Shown here: piece after piece, positions 18,365 through 28,000 of the stretch
Layout: each line of letters begins with the position of its first letter
Position numbering within the stretch: the stretch's first letter is position 1
Source: Methanobacteriota archaeon
GTDB taxonomy: Archaea; Thermoplasmatota; Poseidoniia; Poseidoniales; Thalassarchaeaceae
Length of the DNA stretch: 57,259 bases
Assembly (NCBI GenBank): GCA_002725475.1
Contig: PBPH01000051.1
Coordinates: forward strand, 1-57,259
Direction: 5' to 3'
Translations under genes and position numbers: made by a program
The notes under the pieces: model-generated
The model's input: only the letters and a program-made list of their open reading frames with translations
What the model was told of the DNA's origin: nothing
Databases searched by the model: none

Positions 18365-19486
18365 TTAGGGGCGATTTTTATCATCTACTTGGAGGCCGGG
18401 TTTCTTTGAAATATATATTCTCCACCATGCCTTGAGAACCCCACTGCCATATGACCAGTGTAATAGAAAAGTCATTACAGGCGCAACAAAAACGGTTGCT
18501 AATGATCTTGACGGCGAACTTCCTTTTGCTGCACCCAACCAACAAATTAGCACGTATATATAGGCAAGACTTACTGGAAGATGCACTGATGTTCTGGGGT
18601 GCCCAAATGGTACAGATGACGTTGAAATGTCCCAGAATTCAGGCCATGCGAGGCCGCCATTCATGGCACCCCAAACAAAAGCGACTAATGCAGAAACAAC
18701 TAGAATGGGAAATAGTCCAACAGCATCATGGCTCCATTCCTTCATTCCAGGATGAATCTTACTAGCAAGAATTCTGACAAGACCATAGTTCTGGATTTGT
18801 TTCCTTACTCTAGAGGGATTTCGTCGTCGGTGCCACATAATGGCAGAACGGTCCGTCCACAATTTGTGCCCTGCTTGTTCTATTCGATAATCCAACATAG
18901 CGTCTTCACAACCAATTGCCCCATCATCGAAACCACCAACTTCGTCAAGAACAGATTTTCTGTAAGCAGCATTTACACCTGGAAGTTGTTTTGCCGGTTC
19001 TAACTCAACGGTGCCTCGTTTTCCATAAACCGTTCCTGCAGTAACCCATTTTGAGCAGAACGTCACATCAATAACTCTCTGCCAAAATGTTGAGCGACTA
19101 TCTGGGGGTGCGAAATTGGGCCCACCAACTCCTGCAACCTCATCTCGGTCAAACCATGAAATTAATTTCTCAACCCAATCATCAGGAACCCAAACATCAT
19201 CATCCGTGAACATTACGATATCACAATCTATTTCCCTCAAAGCAACATTACAAGCATCAGCTCTGGTACGAGAACCTTCGTCATCTACAAATCTTGCCCC
19301 ATTTGCCAATGCAACTTCTTTACCAGGATCATCAGAAGGCCCTACGACTACAACATCCAGTACCCCTTCTTCATCAATAGGCCATGTTTGATTACTTAGC
19401 CCATTAAGGACAATATCCAATTCTTCGTGATTACGAAGACTAGGGATGATTACGCAAACTCGCATGCCCTCATCACCACTCCCCAT
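18365..19486 (-). CDS. Family-2 glycosyltransferase with C-terminal transmembrane region
   Basis: VCVIIPSLRN N-terminus, FTDDDV (DxD) and GCEDAMLDYR, followed by several TM helices. Alternative start ATG at 19465. Confidence 0.8.
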   Translation of the reverse strand: MGSGDEGMRVCVIIPSLRNHEELDIVLNGLSNQTWPIDEEGVLDVVVVGPSDDPGKEVALANGARFVDDEGSRTRADACNVALREIDCDIVMFTDDDVWVPDDWVEKLISWFDRDEVAGVGGPNFAPPDSRSTFWQRVIDVTFCSKWVTAGTVYGKRGTVELEPAKQLPGVNAAYRKSVLDEVGGFDDGAIGCEDAMLDYRIEQAGHKLWTDRSAIMWHRRRNPSRVRKQIQNYGLVRILASKIHPGMKEWSHDAVGLFPILVVSALVAFVWGAMNGGLAWPEFWDISTSSVPFGHPRTSVHLPVSLAYIYVLICWLGAAKGSSPSRSLATVFVAPVMTFLLHWSYGSGVLKAWWRIYISKKPGLQVDDKNRP

Positions 19487-19577
19487 ACAGGGCCGACTAG
19501 GGTCCGCATTTCAAGGCTAATGTGTTAAAGTCATGCACAGAGAGGTTTGATTAGGGATGTACTAGTGTGCGGTTAAC

Positions 19578-21944
19578 ATGAAATTAAGCCATTTACTGTT
19601 ATTGATATTGCCGCTGGCGGCCATTAGCCCAATGTTGCAGTTAGGTGACAGTAATCTTGAGACAATAGAAACCCATAATCAATCAGCAAAATCCAGTTCA
19701 ATTATGGTAGTGAATGAAAAAATAAATTGGTCATTTTCAAATGGCGACTATATGATTTATGATTCGACTAACATGTCTGAAGATATGCGCTCGAACATGG
19801 CAGGAGACCCTCATTGGGATCAAGTTGTTCTTAATTGGGCGGATGTAATCCGCATCGATTTTCTCCAAGATGAGGCATGCACTGTCGCATCATATAATGG
19901 GCAATGTCATAAGAGACAAATGAAAACCCAAATGAACATTACAGGCGAAAACAACACAAATAATGAAAAGATGTCAATGAATATTTCAATTCAGAATACA
20001 AATTTGATTCCTTTAACCTATTCTGGTTGGGAAGTGGAGATAATTGAAACAAATACTAGGATGTGGATGGGTGAATTGACTACAGGGCATTTGGAGTTTA
20101 GATCAGATAGATGGGTAAACTCAACAAATGAAATTGAGACCACAGGTTGGCAGTCTAATTACACTGTAGGCACATCTTGGAATGAGCATACACATACTTG
20201 GACCAATTCTACAACTGAAGAATTTAGCGAATTTAATCATAGTGGGAACTGGATGCCAAATTATTTCACTGACTCTGAGTCACTCGATGAAGAAAAAGAT
20301 TGGTTCTATGATGCCACACAAGAAGTACCAGTTACGTTCAATGGATACAATTTAGCAAACAGCGCAGGATCGAGCCCAACTACGTTAGATGGGATTTTGC
20401 TTGAGGTATGGGAGGACGATAAGGGGAATCTAATCCAAGAGCAATCTGAACATTACGGGGAGTATGGATATCCTTTATCTATGGCTGGAGGCGATATAAC
20501 TGAACTCTACCATTCTTTTGGTGCCACGATGGGTTCTGACACCGATGGTGATGGTGTTAGCGATGGCTCAGATTTATGCCCAAATACTCCTCCTGGTTCT
20601 ACGGTGGATTCTGATGGCTGCACTTGGGACGAAAGAGACGATGATGGCGATGGGGTGTTGAACCCTGCTGATAATTGTGCAGACACAACCTCATCGATGA
20701 CAGATGTCGATGCGCAGGGTTGCGCCTATGAACAGCGGGATGATGATAGCGATGGAGTGCTGAACCCTGCAGATCAATGCCCAACTACAGCAGCCAATTC
20801 TAATGTCGATAGTAATGGGTGCGCTCCTTATCAATTGGACTCAGACAACGATACTGTATCCGATGCTAATGACAGTTGTCCCGGCCATGATGATTTAATT
20901 GACGTTGACGGCGACGGAACTCCTGATGGGTGTGATACTCTAATTGATAATGATGGAGACGGAATCAGCAACGCAGCAGATTTGTGTGAAGGTCATGATG
21001 ACTCCATAGATATTGATCAAGATGGGACCCCTGATGGTTGCGATTCATTAATCGATTCAGATTCAGATGGGGTTGCGGACAGTAATGATCTATGCCCTGG
21101 TCATGATGATAGCATAGATGTAGATAGCGATGGCATTCCAGATAATTGCGACTCATTAATCGATTCAGACTCAGATGGAGTTTCAGACGGCACCGATGCT
21201 TGCCCTGGTTTTGATGACAGTGTTGACGCAGATTCAGATGGCATCCCTGATGGTTGTGATGACTTCGTCGATTCGGATTCAGATGGGGTTGCAGACTCAG
21301 ATGACAAATGCTTGGGATATGATGATACTATTGATTTAGATTCTGATGGCATTCCTGATGGTTGTGATTCACTACTCGATTCTGATGGTGACGGTGTTTC
21401 TGACACAAACGATCAGTGCCCAGGTTACATCGATAGTTTTGATGCAGATTCAGATGGAATACCAGATGGTTGTGATGATTTAATTGACAATGATGGAGAT
21501 GGTGTCTCTAATGGTCAGGATTTGTGTCCAAGTACTGATTCTGGTGTCACAGTGGATGATACCGGCTGTAAGAAGATAGTAACTTCTTCTACTTCAGAGG
21601 CAAGTGGGGGCTTTTCTCCAATAATGGCAGGAGGATTGATTGCCGCAGTGATTGTTGCTATATTGGTGGTAGTATTCGTCATGAGACAAAGAAGCTCTCA
21701 ACCCAGAGTTGATGAAGGGATTCCTGATTTGGGGGGCCCTTCCGCAAAACCAACAAGTTCACCTTCTGGTAACGCCTTCTCTCCATCTGTTGCTGCCGCT
21801 CCACCAATGCCAGCGCAGCCTCACCCATCGCAATCAGGAGAAGTACAACCTAACGGATACGAGTATCTCGAACATCCTGCAAATTCAGGTAATTGGTGGT
21901 ATCGAACCCAAGAGAACAGCAATTGGTTTGAATGGCAAAGATAA
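19578..21944 (+). CDS. Secreted, C-terminally anchored protein with thrombospondin type-3-like calcium-binding repeats
   Basis: Signal peptide MKLSHLLLLILPLAAISPML. About 10 DxDxDGxxDxxDxC units, of which 6-7 form 36-aa tandem repeats (e.g. DSLIDSDSDGVADSNDLCPGHDDSIDVDSDGIPDNC). TM helix IMAGGLIAAVIVAILVVVFVM and a Pro-rich tail. Confidence 0.8.
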   Translation: MKLSHLLLLILPLAAISPMLQLGDSNLETIETHNQSAKSSSIMVVNEKINWSFSNGDYMIYDSTNMSEDMRSNMAGDPHWDQVVLNWADVIRIDFLQDEACTVASYNGQCHKRQMKTQMNITGENNTNNEKMSMNISIQNTNLIPLTYSGWEVEIIETNTRMWMGELTTGHLEFRSDRWVNSTNEIETTGWQSNYTVGTSWNEHTHTWTNSTTEEFSEFNHSGNWMPNYFTDSESLDEEKDWFYDATQEVPVTFNGYNLANSAGSSPTTLDGILLEVWEDDKGNLIQEQSEHYGEYGYPLSMAGGDITELYHSFGATMGSDTDGDGVSDGSDLCPNTPPGSTVDSDGCTWDERDDDGDGVLNPADNCADTTSSMTDVDAQGCAYEQRDDDSDGVLNPADQCPTTAANSNVDSNGCAPYQLDSDNDTVSDANDSCPGHDDLIDVDGDGTPDGCDTLIDNDGDGISNAADLCEGHDDSIDIDQDGTPDGCDSLIDSDSDGVADSNDLCPGHDDSIDVDSDGIPDNCDSLIDSDSDGVSDGTDACPGFDDSVDADSDGIPDGCDDFVDSDSDGVADSDDKCLGYDDTIDLDSDGIPDGCDSLLDSDGDGVSDTNDQCPGYIDSFDADSDGIPDGCDDLIDNDGDGVSNGQDLCPSTDSGVTVDDTGCKKIVTSSTSEASGGFSPIMAGGLIAAVIVAILVVVFVMRQRSSQPRVDEGIPDLGGPSAKPTSSPSGNAFSPSVAAAPPMPAQPHPSQSGEVQPNGYEYLEHPANSGNWWYRTQENSNWFEWQR
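20531..21569 (+). repeat. In-frame coding tandem repeats (about 108-nt period over 20838-21480) encoding TSP3-like Asp/Cys units
   Basis: Repeated gattcagattcagatgg.../gatggcattcctgatggttgtgat blocks are visible in the DNA and in the translated protein. Confidence 0.85.
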
Positions 21945-22024
21945 GTTGCCCTACGGGCAAATATTACCCATTCCGCCATCCGAAAAGATTTGAAAGCACC
22001 CCCTCCTCTGAGGTTTTGGTTATC

Positions 22025-23062
22025 ATGGCTTTAGGTAGCGGTATTAGATTGAACAGCGCAATGAGTATCTTATTGGTGGCTCTACTAATTTTGGGTGGGA
22101 TGGCTTCTATGTCATCACTCGAAATGAGCGATGCTTCTGCTTCCGGTGGCAATGAAAATTCTGATGACAGCTCATCTAAAAGTAATTTGAAAGCGGGCTC
22201 CAATGCCGAATGGTTGGACAAATGCAAAGACTACAATCTAGATGATTCGAAAGCAGATTGGTTAGGTTTCAATGAAAGAAGCAGAACAGATTTTCTTAAC
22301 ATTCACCGATTGCAAGAAGTTTCCGAAGATGCTGAGGGAAGAGAATCTGCTGGCAACAATACTGCTGAAACAGAATCTGATGAGGTTGATTGGCATCTAC
22401 CAGATTACGTTACTGTGGTTCGTACGGAGGTAGGTTATACAATCTCAATCATTGATGCTGGTGTAACGAATACTGAGAACTATACTGAAGAGGAATTTGC
22501 AATCTTTCTTGAGAGATTTGGGTGGGAGTCTGAAGAAGACGAGTCCGCTGAAAGGGAAAGAGATAGGGGCGAAATCCGGGAGCGGGTAGCGGATTTGAGA
22601 GAAGCCTGTGAAAATGGTGATGGCGACTCTTGCCGAGAATTGCGTGGCTTGATGGAACGGTTCAGACAAGAGTACGACCAGAGAGATAGGCATGAGCGAG
22701 ATCCTCCTGCACTGCGTCTTGATCATCTTGATGATGGCACTATTATTGCTCATAGGGAATTCAGCGATGGCTCTATTCAGTACGATATTATCAGCACAGC
22801 GGATGATGGTGAGATTACCGTGGTTAGAGTATCTGCATGGGGTACTGAAGTGATTCACCCACAAGAAAAGGGTGAGCACCGTAAAGGAGAGTTTGAGAAG
22901 AAAGACACCTCTGACGCATTCCATAAATTCTCTTCATCTATGTCCGAAGAAGACATCAAGAAAAACTGTCAAGAATTCTTTGGCGACTCCTCACCAAGAA
23001 TGGATATTGATTTCGATAGATTAGATCGAGTTCCAGTAGAACAAAAATCTGAAAGAAGATAA
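22025..23062 (+). CDS. Acidic secreted or membrane-anchored protein of unknown function
   Basis: The listed ORF starts at 21932 and overlaps the previous gene. The ATG at 22025 gives MALGSGIRLNSAMSILLVALLILGGMASMSS (signal/anchor). The remainder is rich in E/D/R. Confidence 0.5.
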   Translation: MALGSGIRLNSAMSILLVALLILGGMASMSSLEMSDASASGGNENSDDSSSKSNLKAGSNAEWLDKCKDYNLDDSKADWLGFNERSRTDFLNIHRLQEVSEDAEGRESAGNNTAETESDEVDWHLPDYVTVVRTEVGYTISIIDAGVTNTENYTEEEFAIFLERFGWESEEDESAERERDRGEIRERVADLREACENGDGDSCRELRGLMERFRQEYDQRDRHERDPPALRLDHLDDGTIIAHREFSDGSIQYDIISTADDGEITVVRVSAWGTEVIHPQEKGEHRKGEFEKKDTSDAFHKFSSSMSEEDIKKNCQEFFGDSSPRMDIDFDRLDRVPVEQKSERR

Positions 23063-23162
23063 TTTACATTATTTCCTCCTTCAGTATTCAGTACTTTCGC
23101 GTAGCGAAGGCTTTTGTACCCTCTTCAAGGAGAGGCAATATCGAGGGGGCGTGGGCACCGAC

Positions 23163-23906
23163 ATGATGAATATTACAGCTAGGCAAGATACCTTTAGAAT
23201 GGTAGTCGATATCTTATCCACGTTGGTTGAAGAGGCGCGCTTTAATTTTGAGGACGACAAACTTGTAATCAGAATTGTTGATCCTAGTCATGTAGCCATG
23301 ATTCAAATGGAAGTTGACTCGGCAGCGTTTGAATCCTGGGAGGTCGCAGAAACAGTGTTGGGCTTGGAATTATCTAAAATTTCCAAACTAGTTCAACTGG
23401 CTGGTGCGGGTGATTTAATCGTTATGAATTACAATGACGCTGTAGGAAAGGTAGAGTTCCAAGTTGGCGAAATTCAAAGGACAATCCGCCCACTTGATAG
23501 ACAAAATATGCAGGAGCCAAAAGTACCGGAACTTGATACCAACATTTCAGTTAGCCTTACGGGAGCAAAGTTTTCTCGTGCCCTCAAAGCCGCTGATCAA
23601 GTTGGGGATTTGGTAACGTTCTCAATAGATCAAAACAGATTCAGTGTCAATGTGACTGGTGAATCCGATGCTGTAAATGTTAGTTATGAATCCGGAGAGT
23701 TACAAGAGTTAGTTTGTGATAATCCTGTGAAAAGCCAATACAGCCTTCAATACTTGCTTCCACTGGCTAAGCGAATAGAAGCAACAGTTGAAACAGTAAC
23801 AGCCAAATTTGGTGAAAACTATCCCCTAAGGCTTGAATTTACTTTCGCCGACGGTGGTGCGAATGTCATTTACTTCCTAGCCCCAAGGGTCGAAGGGGAC
23901 GCGTAA
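23163..23906 (+). CDS. pcn: DNA polymerase sliding clamp (PCNA)
   Basis: About 247 aa with the typical archaeal PCNA N-terminus pattern (FRMVVDILSTLVEEARFNFEDDKLVIRIVDPSHVAM...). The ORF is open from a GTG at 23151. The ATG at 23163 follows a GAGGGGG Shine-Dalgarno-like element. Confidence 0.9.
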   Translation: MMNITARQDTFRMVVDILSTLVEEARFNFEDDKLVIRIVDPSHVAMIQMEVDSAAFESWEVAETVLGLELSKISKLVQLAGAGDLIVMNYNDAVGKVEFQVGEIQRTIRPLDRQNMQEPKVPELDTNISVSLTGAKFSRALKAADQVGDLVTFSIDQNRFSVNVTGESDAVNVSYESGELQELVCDNPVKSQYSLQYLLPLAKRIEATVETVTAKFGENYPLRLEFTFADGGANVIYFLAPRVEGDA

Positions 23907-23924
23907 TCAACTAAGTTTTCTAGG

Positions 23925-23995
23925 TGCGCCCACCGGGATTTGAACCCGGGCGAAGAGGTTGGAAACCTCTGATGCTACCCCTACATCATGGACGC
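23925..23995 (-). tRNA. tRNA-Gly (anticodon UCC)
   Basis: Hand-folded cloverleaf: acceptor stem GCGUCCA/UGGGCGC, anticodon stem AGAGG/CCUCU with loop UUUCCAA (anticodon UCC), T arm CCGGG-UUCAAAU-CCCGG, discriminator A. The genome encodes CC but not the full CCA. Confidence 0.9.
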
Positions 23996-24053
23996 GTTAT
24001 ACCGCCGACCAAGCATTTGCCCTTAACCGCGTCTATGCGAGCCTTGATGTTCT

Positions 24054-24287
24054 ATGGCCTCTGCACGGTGTTTAATGACACCTAGAAATTGGTTCGGCGT
24101 TGCCCTAATAATTCTCTTCTTGCCAGTCAATGCCCCTCTTTGGGAAACCGTTTTTGAATTATTTTCAATGGATATTTCTGCAATTCCAATCGTTCCGGTA
24201 ATATTTTTATTCGGTCTAATTATACTATTTTACCCAGCTCGCGATAAACAAACAAGTGATAATCCCAATAATGACGAAGAGGAGTGA
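24054..24287 (+). CDS. Small two-helix membrane protein with an acidic tail (77 aa)
   Basis: Two hydrophobic segments (FGVALIILFLPV..., IPIVPVIFLFGLIILFY). Ends in NPNNDEEE. No homology recognised. Confidence 0.35.
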   Translation: MASARCLMTPRNWFGVALIILFLPVNAPLWETVFELFSMDISAIPIVPVIFLFGLIILFYPARDKQTSDNPNNDEEE

Positions 24288-24359
24288 AAATGGATAGCCC
24301 TTTTTCATGATGAGAATCTACCTGCAGATGTTGAATATAATCCACCATTTAGAATGATT

Positions 24360-25058
24360 TCAAATTTTTTCAGCAATTGCTAATGTGTTGAGTTGTCCAT
24401 TAAGAAAAGTTTTCCATCTATGGATGTTGAAAGTATGCTTTTTTCCTTCAATATTGATGTTAATTACATTCTGGCCTTCAACTTCAAAAGATTGGGGCGG
24501 AAGTCCCATTCCAAGGCCTATAGCCTTTTGAACAGCCTCTTTAGCTACCCAAACATCGGTAGTTCGTGAAGATGCAATTTCTTCATCATTATCAAATAGA
24601 GATTCTAAAATCATTTTTTCTTCACCAGAAGACATCATGCTGAGAAGATTTCTAGGGCGGGTCATAACTGGTTCGAGATCTAAACCAATATCAGCCCCCT
24701 TAGGGCCCAATGCGGCAGCCGCAAACCCGCCGCTATGGGTGATTGTAATGGAAGGGGCATTTGGGCCGATTAGCCGAGGTCTTCGAAAATCATCACGTTC
24801 AATTATGAATGAATTAGGATTACGCCCACTCTTCAACAATAGATACTCGATTAACCAACGTCCAGCAGCATGTTCTTCAGCTCTCTTAGCAGTAACAAAA
24901 CTCTCGGCTTCGGATGGATCGACGAAAATCAGATTCGATATATTTGGAACTGGTTCGGTAGGGTTAGTGGGTCGAACTCTAATCCAAGCAGCAATGGTGT
25001 CTCTTGGGCACCCATCAGGAAGATCAAGAAAAGCCGGTTCCCCATACTTCAACCACAT
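24360..25058 (-). CDS. 4'-phosphopantetheinyl transferase, Sfp/PfaE type
   Basis: 232 aa. IGLDLEP (GxD metal motif) and WVAKEAVQKA ((W/F)xxKE(A/S)xxK motif) at the spacing expected for Sfp-type PPTases. Lies 29 bp downstream of the megasynthase stop. Confidence 0.8.
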   Translation of the reverse strand: MWLKYGEPAFLDLPDGCPRDTIAAWIRVRPTNPTEPVPNISNLIFVDPSEAESFVTAKRAEEHAAGRWLIEYLLLKSGRNPNSFIIERDDFRRPRLIGPNAPSITITHSGGFAAAALGPKGADIGLDLEPVMTRPRNLLSMMSSGEEKMILESLFDNDEEIASSRTTDVWVAKEAVQKAIGLGMGLPPQSFEVEGQNVININIEGKKHTFNIHRWKTFLNGQLNTLAIAEKI

Positions 25059-25087
25059 GTTAATTCCTCAATTGATAAATTAATTTT

Positions 25088-28000
25088 TTAATTGCGATTT
25101 AGTGTGAATTTTTCCGCATCTGATAGCGGGGCCATTCCCTTTAATCTAAGGCCATTCAATGCCAAAACTGGTTTGCCATTCTGATTAATTATCAAACCGT
25201 CGTGATTTGTGATTCCACCTTCATCTCCACCGATTCTAAGGGTGCGTATTCTCAATGTATCATTTTTTTCTGATTTCCGAATCAATTCAACATGGTCTAT
25301 TCCAATTGGTAGAGATTGTAACTCATCAACTTCCATTGCTGCCATACCCGCATTTTGGAAACAAGCTTCGATTAACATTGGTTGTGCTTCCAATTTCATC
25401 ATTCCATCAGCAAATAGATTGGTATCAGGTAATTGATTTCGATTGAGTGCAATTCCATCAATCCCCTGCATTTCTTCAATCTGACAACCACATATTATTC
25501 CACCATGGGATTGGAATTTCGGCCCGTGGAAGAATCGTTTGTATATGAAATCAGGATTATCTGGGGTGCCATCTTGAGCAGGGATTCCTATTGATGGTAG
25601 GTGCAATAATCCTCGATCAGCGCCAACCTTTAGCATTCTAACAATACCTTCGTGATGCACTCTTGGCTCTCCAAAGGTTTCCCCCGACTTGTTAATCAAA
25701 TCAGATTCTAGATGACATGAAATCCAAACATTATCATCATCCTGCTTAGAAAAATTAGCCACAACTCTAACTTTCTGTTCATCGTGTAATAACTTAACTG
25801 GCAAGCCAAATTTGACATCATTAAATCCTATGACTGTACAAGGCGGCCAAAGTAATTGAGCAGCTTCTGCAAACATTTCCAATGCCATTACTCCTGGGTG
25901 ATAAGGAACCCCATCAATCGCATGATCAATTAGGAAAGGATATCGATTAACATCAAGAGTACACTCGTATGTAAGTTGATCAAAGTCCTCATGGGAAACA
26001 ATTTTTTCTACAAATGGAAATCGCTTCGCATCTTCCATTAGAGCAGAAACTTCAGGAGAGAGTCTCTGAGGCGGTTTTCTGTCACTCCCATCATCGTTGA
26101 GAACTCCAAGTTGCCCTGCAATTACTACCTTTCTCTTTCCACCACACATTACCTCATCAACAAATAGATTGACACCATTTTCGACTGAGACAGTTTCAAT
26201 TCCCGCCTCTTCAAAGACCTTCTCTATTGAACCCCTAGTCGCCATACCTACATCCCTCCATCCAGTCCATGCCAGTGCAACTCCTTGCGGTTCATTTTCT
26301 GTATGTGCAAGGCGGGACATCTCAGCATCTAGAATACAGTTTGCTGCAGCATAGTCAGTCTGACCAGCATTTCCAAAACGTCCAGCAATTGAAGTAAAAA
26401 CACAACAATATCTGAGCTCACTACTGTAGTCTTTTACAGCGTTAACCAATGCTTGCCAGCCATCGACCTTTACGGCCATAACTTGAGAAAAGGTTGACCA
26501 TTGCTTGTCAGCAACAAGTTTGGAATCTTCAATTCCGGCGCCGTGAATTATTCCAGTGACGGCCCCTCTCTTTTTCTTCAATTTCTTCAAAACTTTTCGA
26601 ATCTGCTTCCCATCTGTAATGTCACATGAATGATAAGAAGCAGTGTTTCCACTTTCACGAATTGAATGTAGGGTTTTGTGGATATCAATTGAACGAGTAA
26701 CTCTTGCCCATTCTCTTTCCCATTCAACAATTGTCACCTTTTCAGCCCCTTCTTGTAATTGCTCTCGTAATGACATCTTCATTTGCTGAAGTTCCTCATC
26801 GCCGGCAGAAATTTTGCTAACAAGGGAATCATCCAATTTGGTACGACCTAGCAACGCAAAATGCACGCCAACATCGAGATTCGCTTCTGCCAATCCAACC
26901 ATGCAGGCAGAAGTTACTCCTGTCCCTCCTCCAGATACAAGTAGAACATCATCAGATTGCAATGATTTCCGTTCTGATTCGTGCGGCTCATCGTAAATAC
27001 AAACAGCCCATCTACGGCCATCCGCATCAATCCCTAGTTCTCTGGGGCCCATCTGGTTAATCTCTTCCAAAATGGTATTGGCCAGGGAACTGGCATCTAC
27101 CAATAATTCGGGTGCGACATCGATTGCCCTAGATCTGATGTTTGGTCTTTCACGACCATAGGACTTTACTATCCCGTGTGCGCCAGCCCCAAGTGCATTG
27201 AATCTATGTCCCCCATTGCCATGTCTTCCGTCAAGAGCGGAAACAGAGCAGACAATTCCATCGTCTCTCTCTGCTAATTTACCATCAATAATTCGCAAAA
27301 CACCAAACAGGCCGTGACAAACCATCTGAGTTTGCTGCCGACTAGTTACTTCAGCCCAAGCCATCCCAGCAAGCGTGCAAGGGGCAGTATGGATTACTCC
27401 GACAACATCTAATGGTGCAAGAATTGCTCCAAACTGGGAGAGATGGGCCTCATTACCAGGGTCAAGCCTGATGATGTCTACCTCTCCATCTTTCTCTACC
27501 CTGATTTTTGATTTTATACTAGGATCTAACATTAGACGTACAGCCTCAGTTCCAGCCATCTCTAATTCTTGACAAATTGCATCACCAAGCCCCCATGAAT
27601 CATCTGTTACAATTAGATATGAGCCCTTCATTTCTATGGGGGCTGGCTCATTTAGTTCAGCTTCCTCTACTTCTACAACCCAACGACGAACTCCGATCTC
27701 ATCCACAACATTTTCCATTGTATTTTCCACAACATCTTGCTCAGGTAACTCAATTTCATCTACAGTTTCATCATTATCATCATTTTCTATTTTGGCTTGA
27801 TTCTGAGGAATACCTACACTCATTGAGATGATATAGGAAATCATATGCGCAAGTGTAGGATAATCACGTAACTGGAAAGATTCGTCAACGGGTAGCGAGA
27901 ACTGCTCTCGGCAATCAGCCATTATTTCAGCCTGTTTTACAGTGTCAATTCCTAATTCGCCTTCTAAATCTTGATCTAATTCAAGGAAATCTTCAGGATA

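Noticed and set aside
20531-21569. Regular DNA repeats that could be mistaken for a CRISPR array or a non-coding satellite. Several ORFs are listed on the opposite strand here (20599-20784, 20965-21156, 21101-21406).
   Set aside because: The repeats are in frame within one long ORF and encode a recognisable Asp/Cys calcium-binding motif. There are no unique spacers of constant length. The antisense ORFs are shadow frames of the repetitive GAT/GAC-rich codons.
23925-24360. tRNA-Gly as the integration site of a genomic island carrying the synthase operon.
   Set aside because: The operon lies on the 5' side of the tRNA, whereas islands normally integrate at the 3' end. There is no integrase, and I did not see a direct repeat of the tRNA 3' segment at the far end of the operon. 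The operon's composition looks similar to its surroundings.
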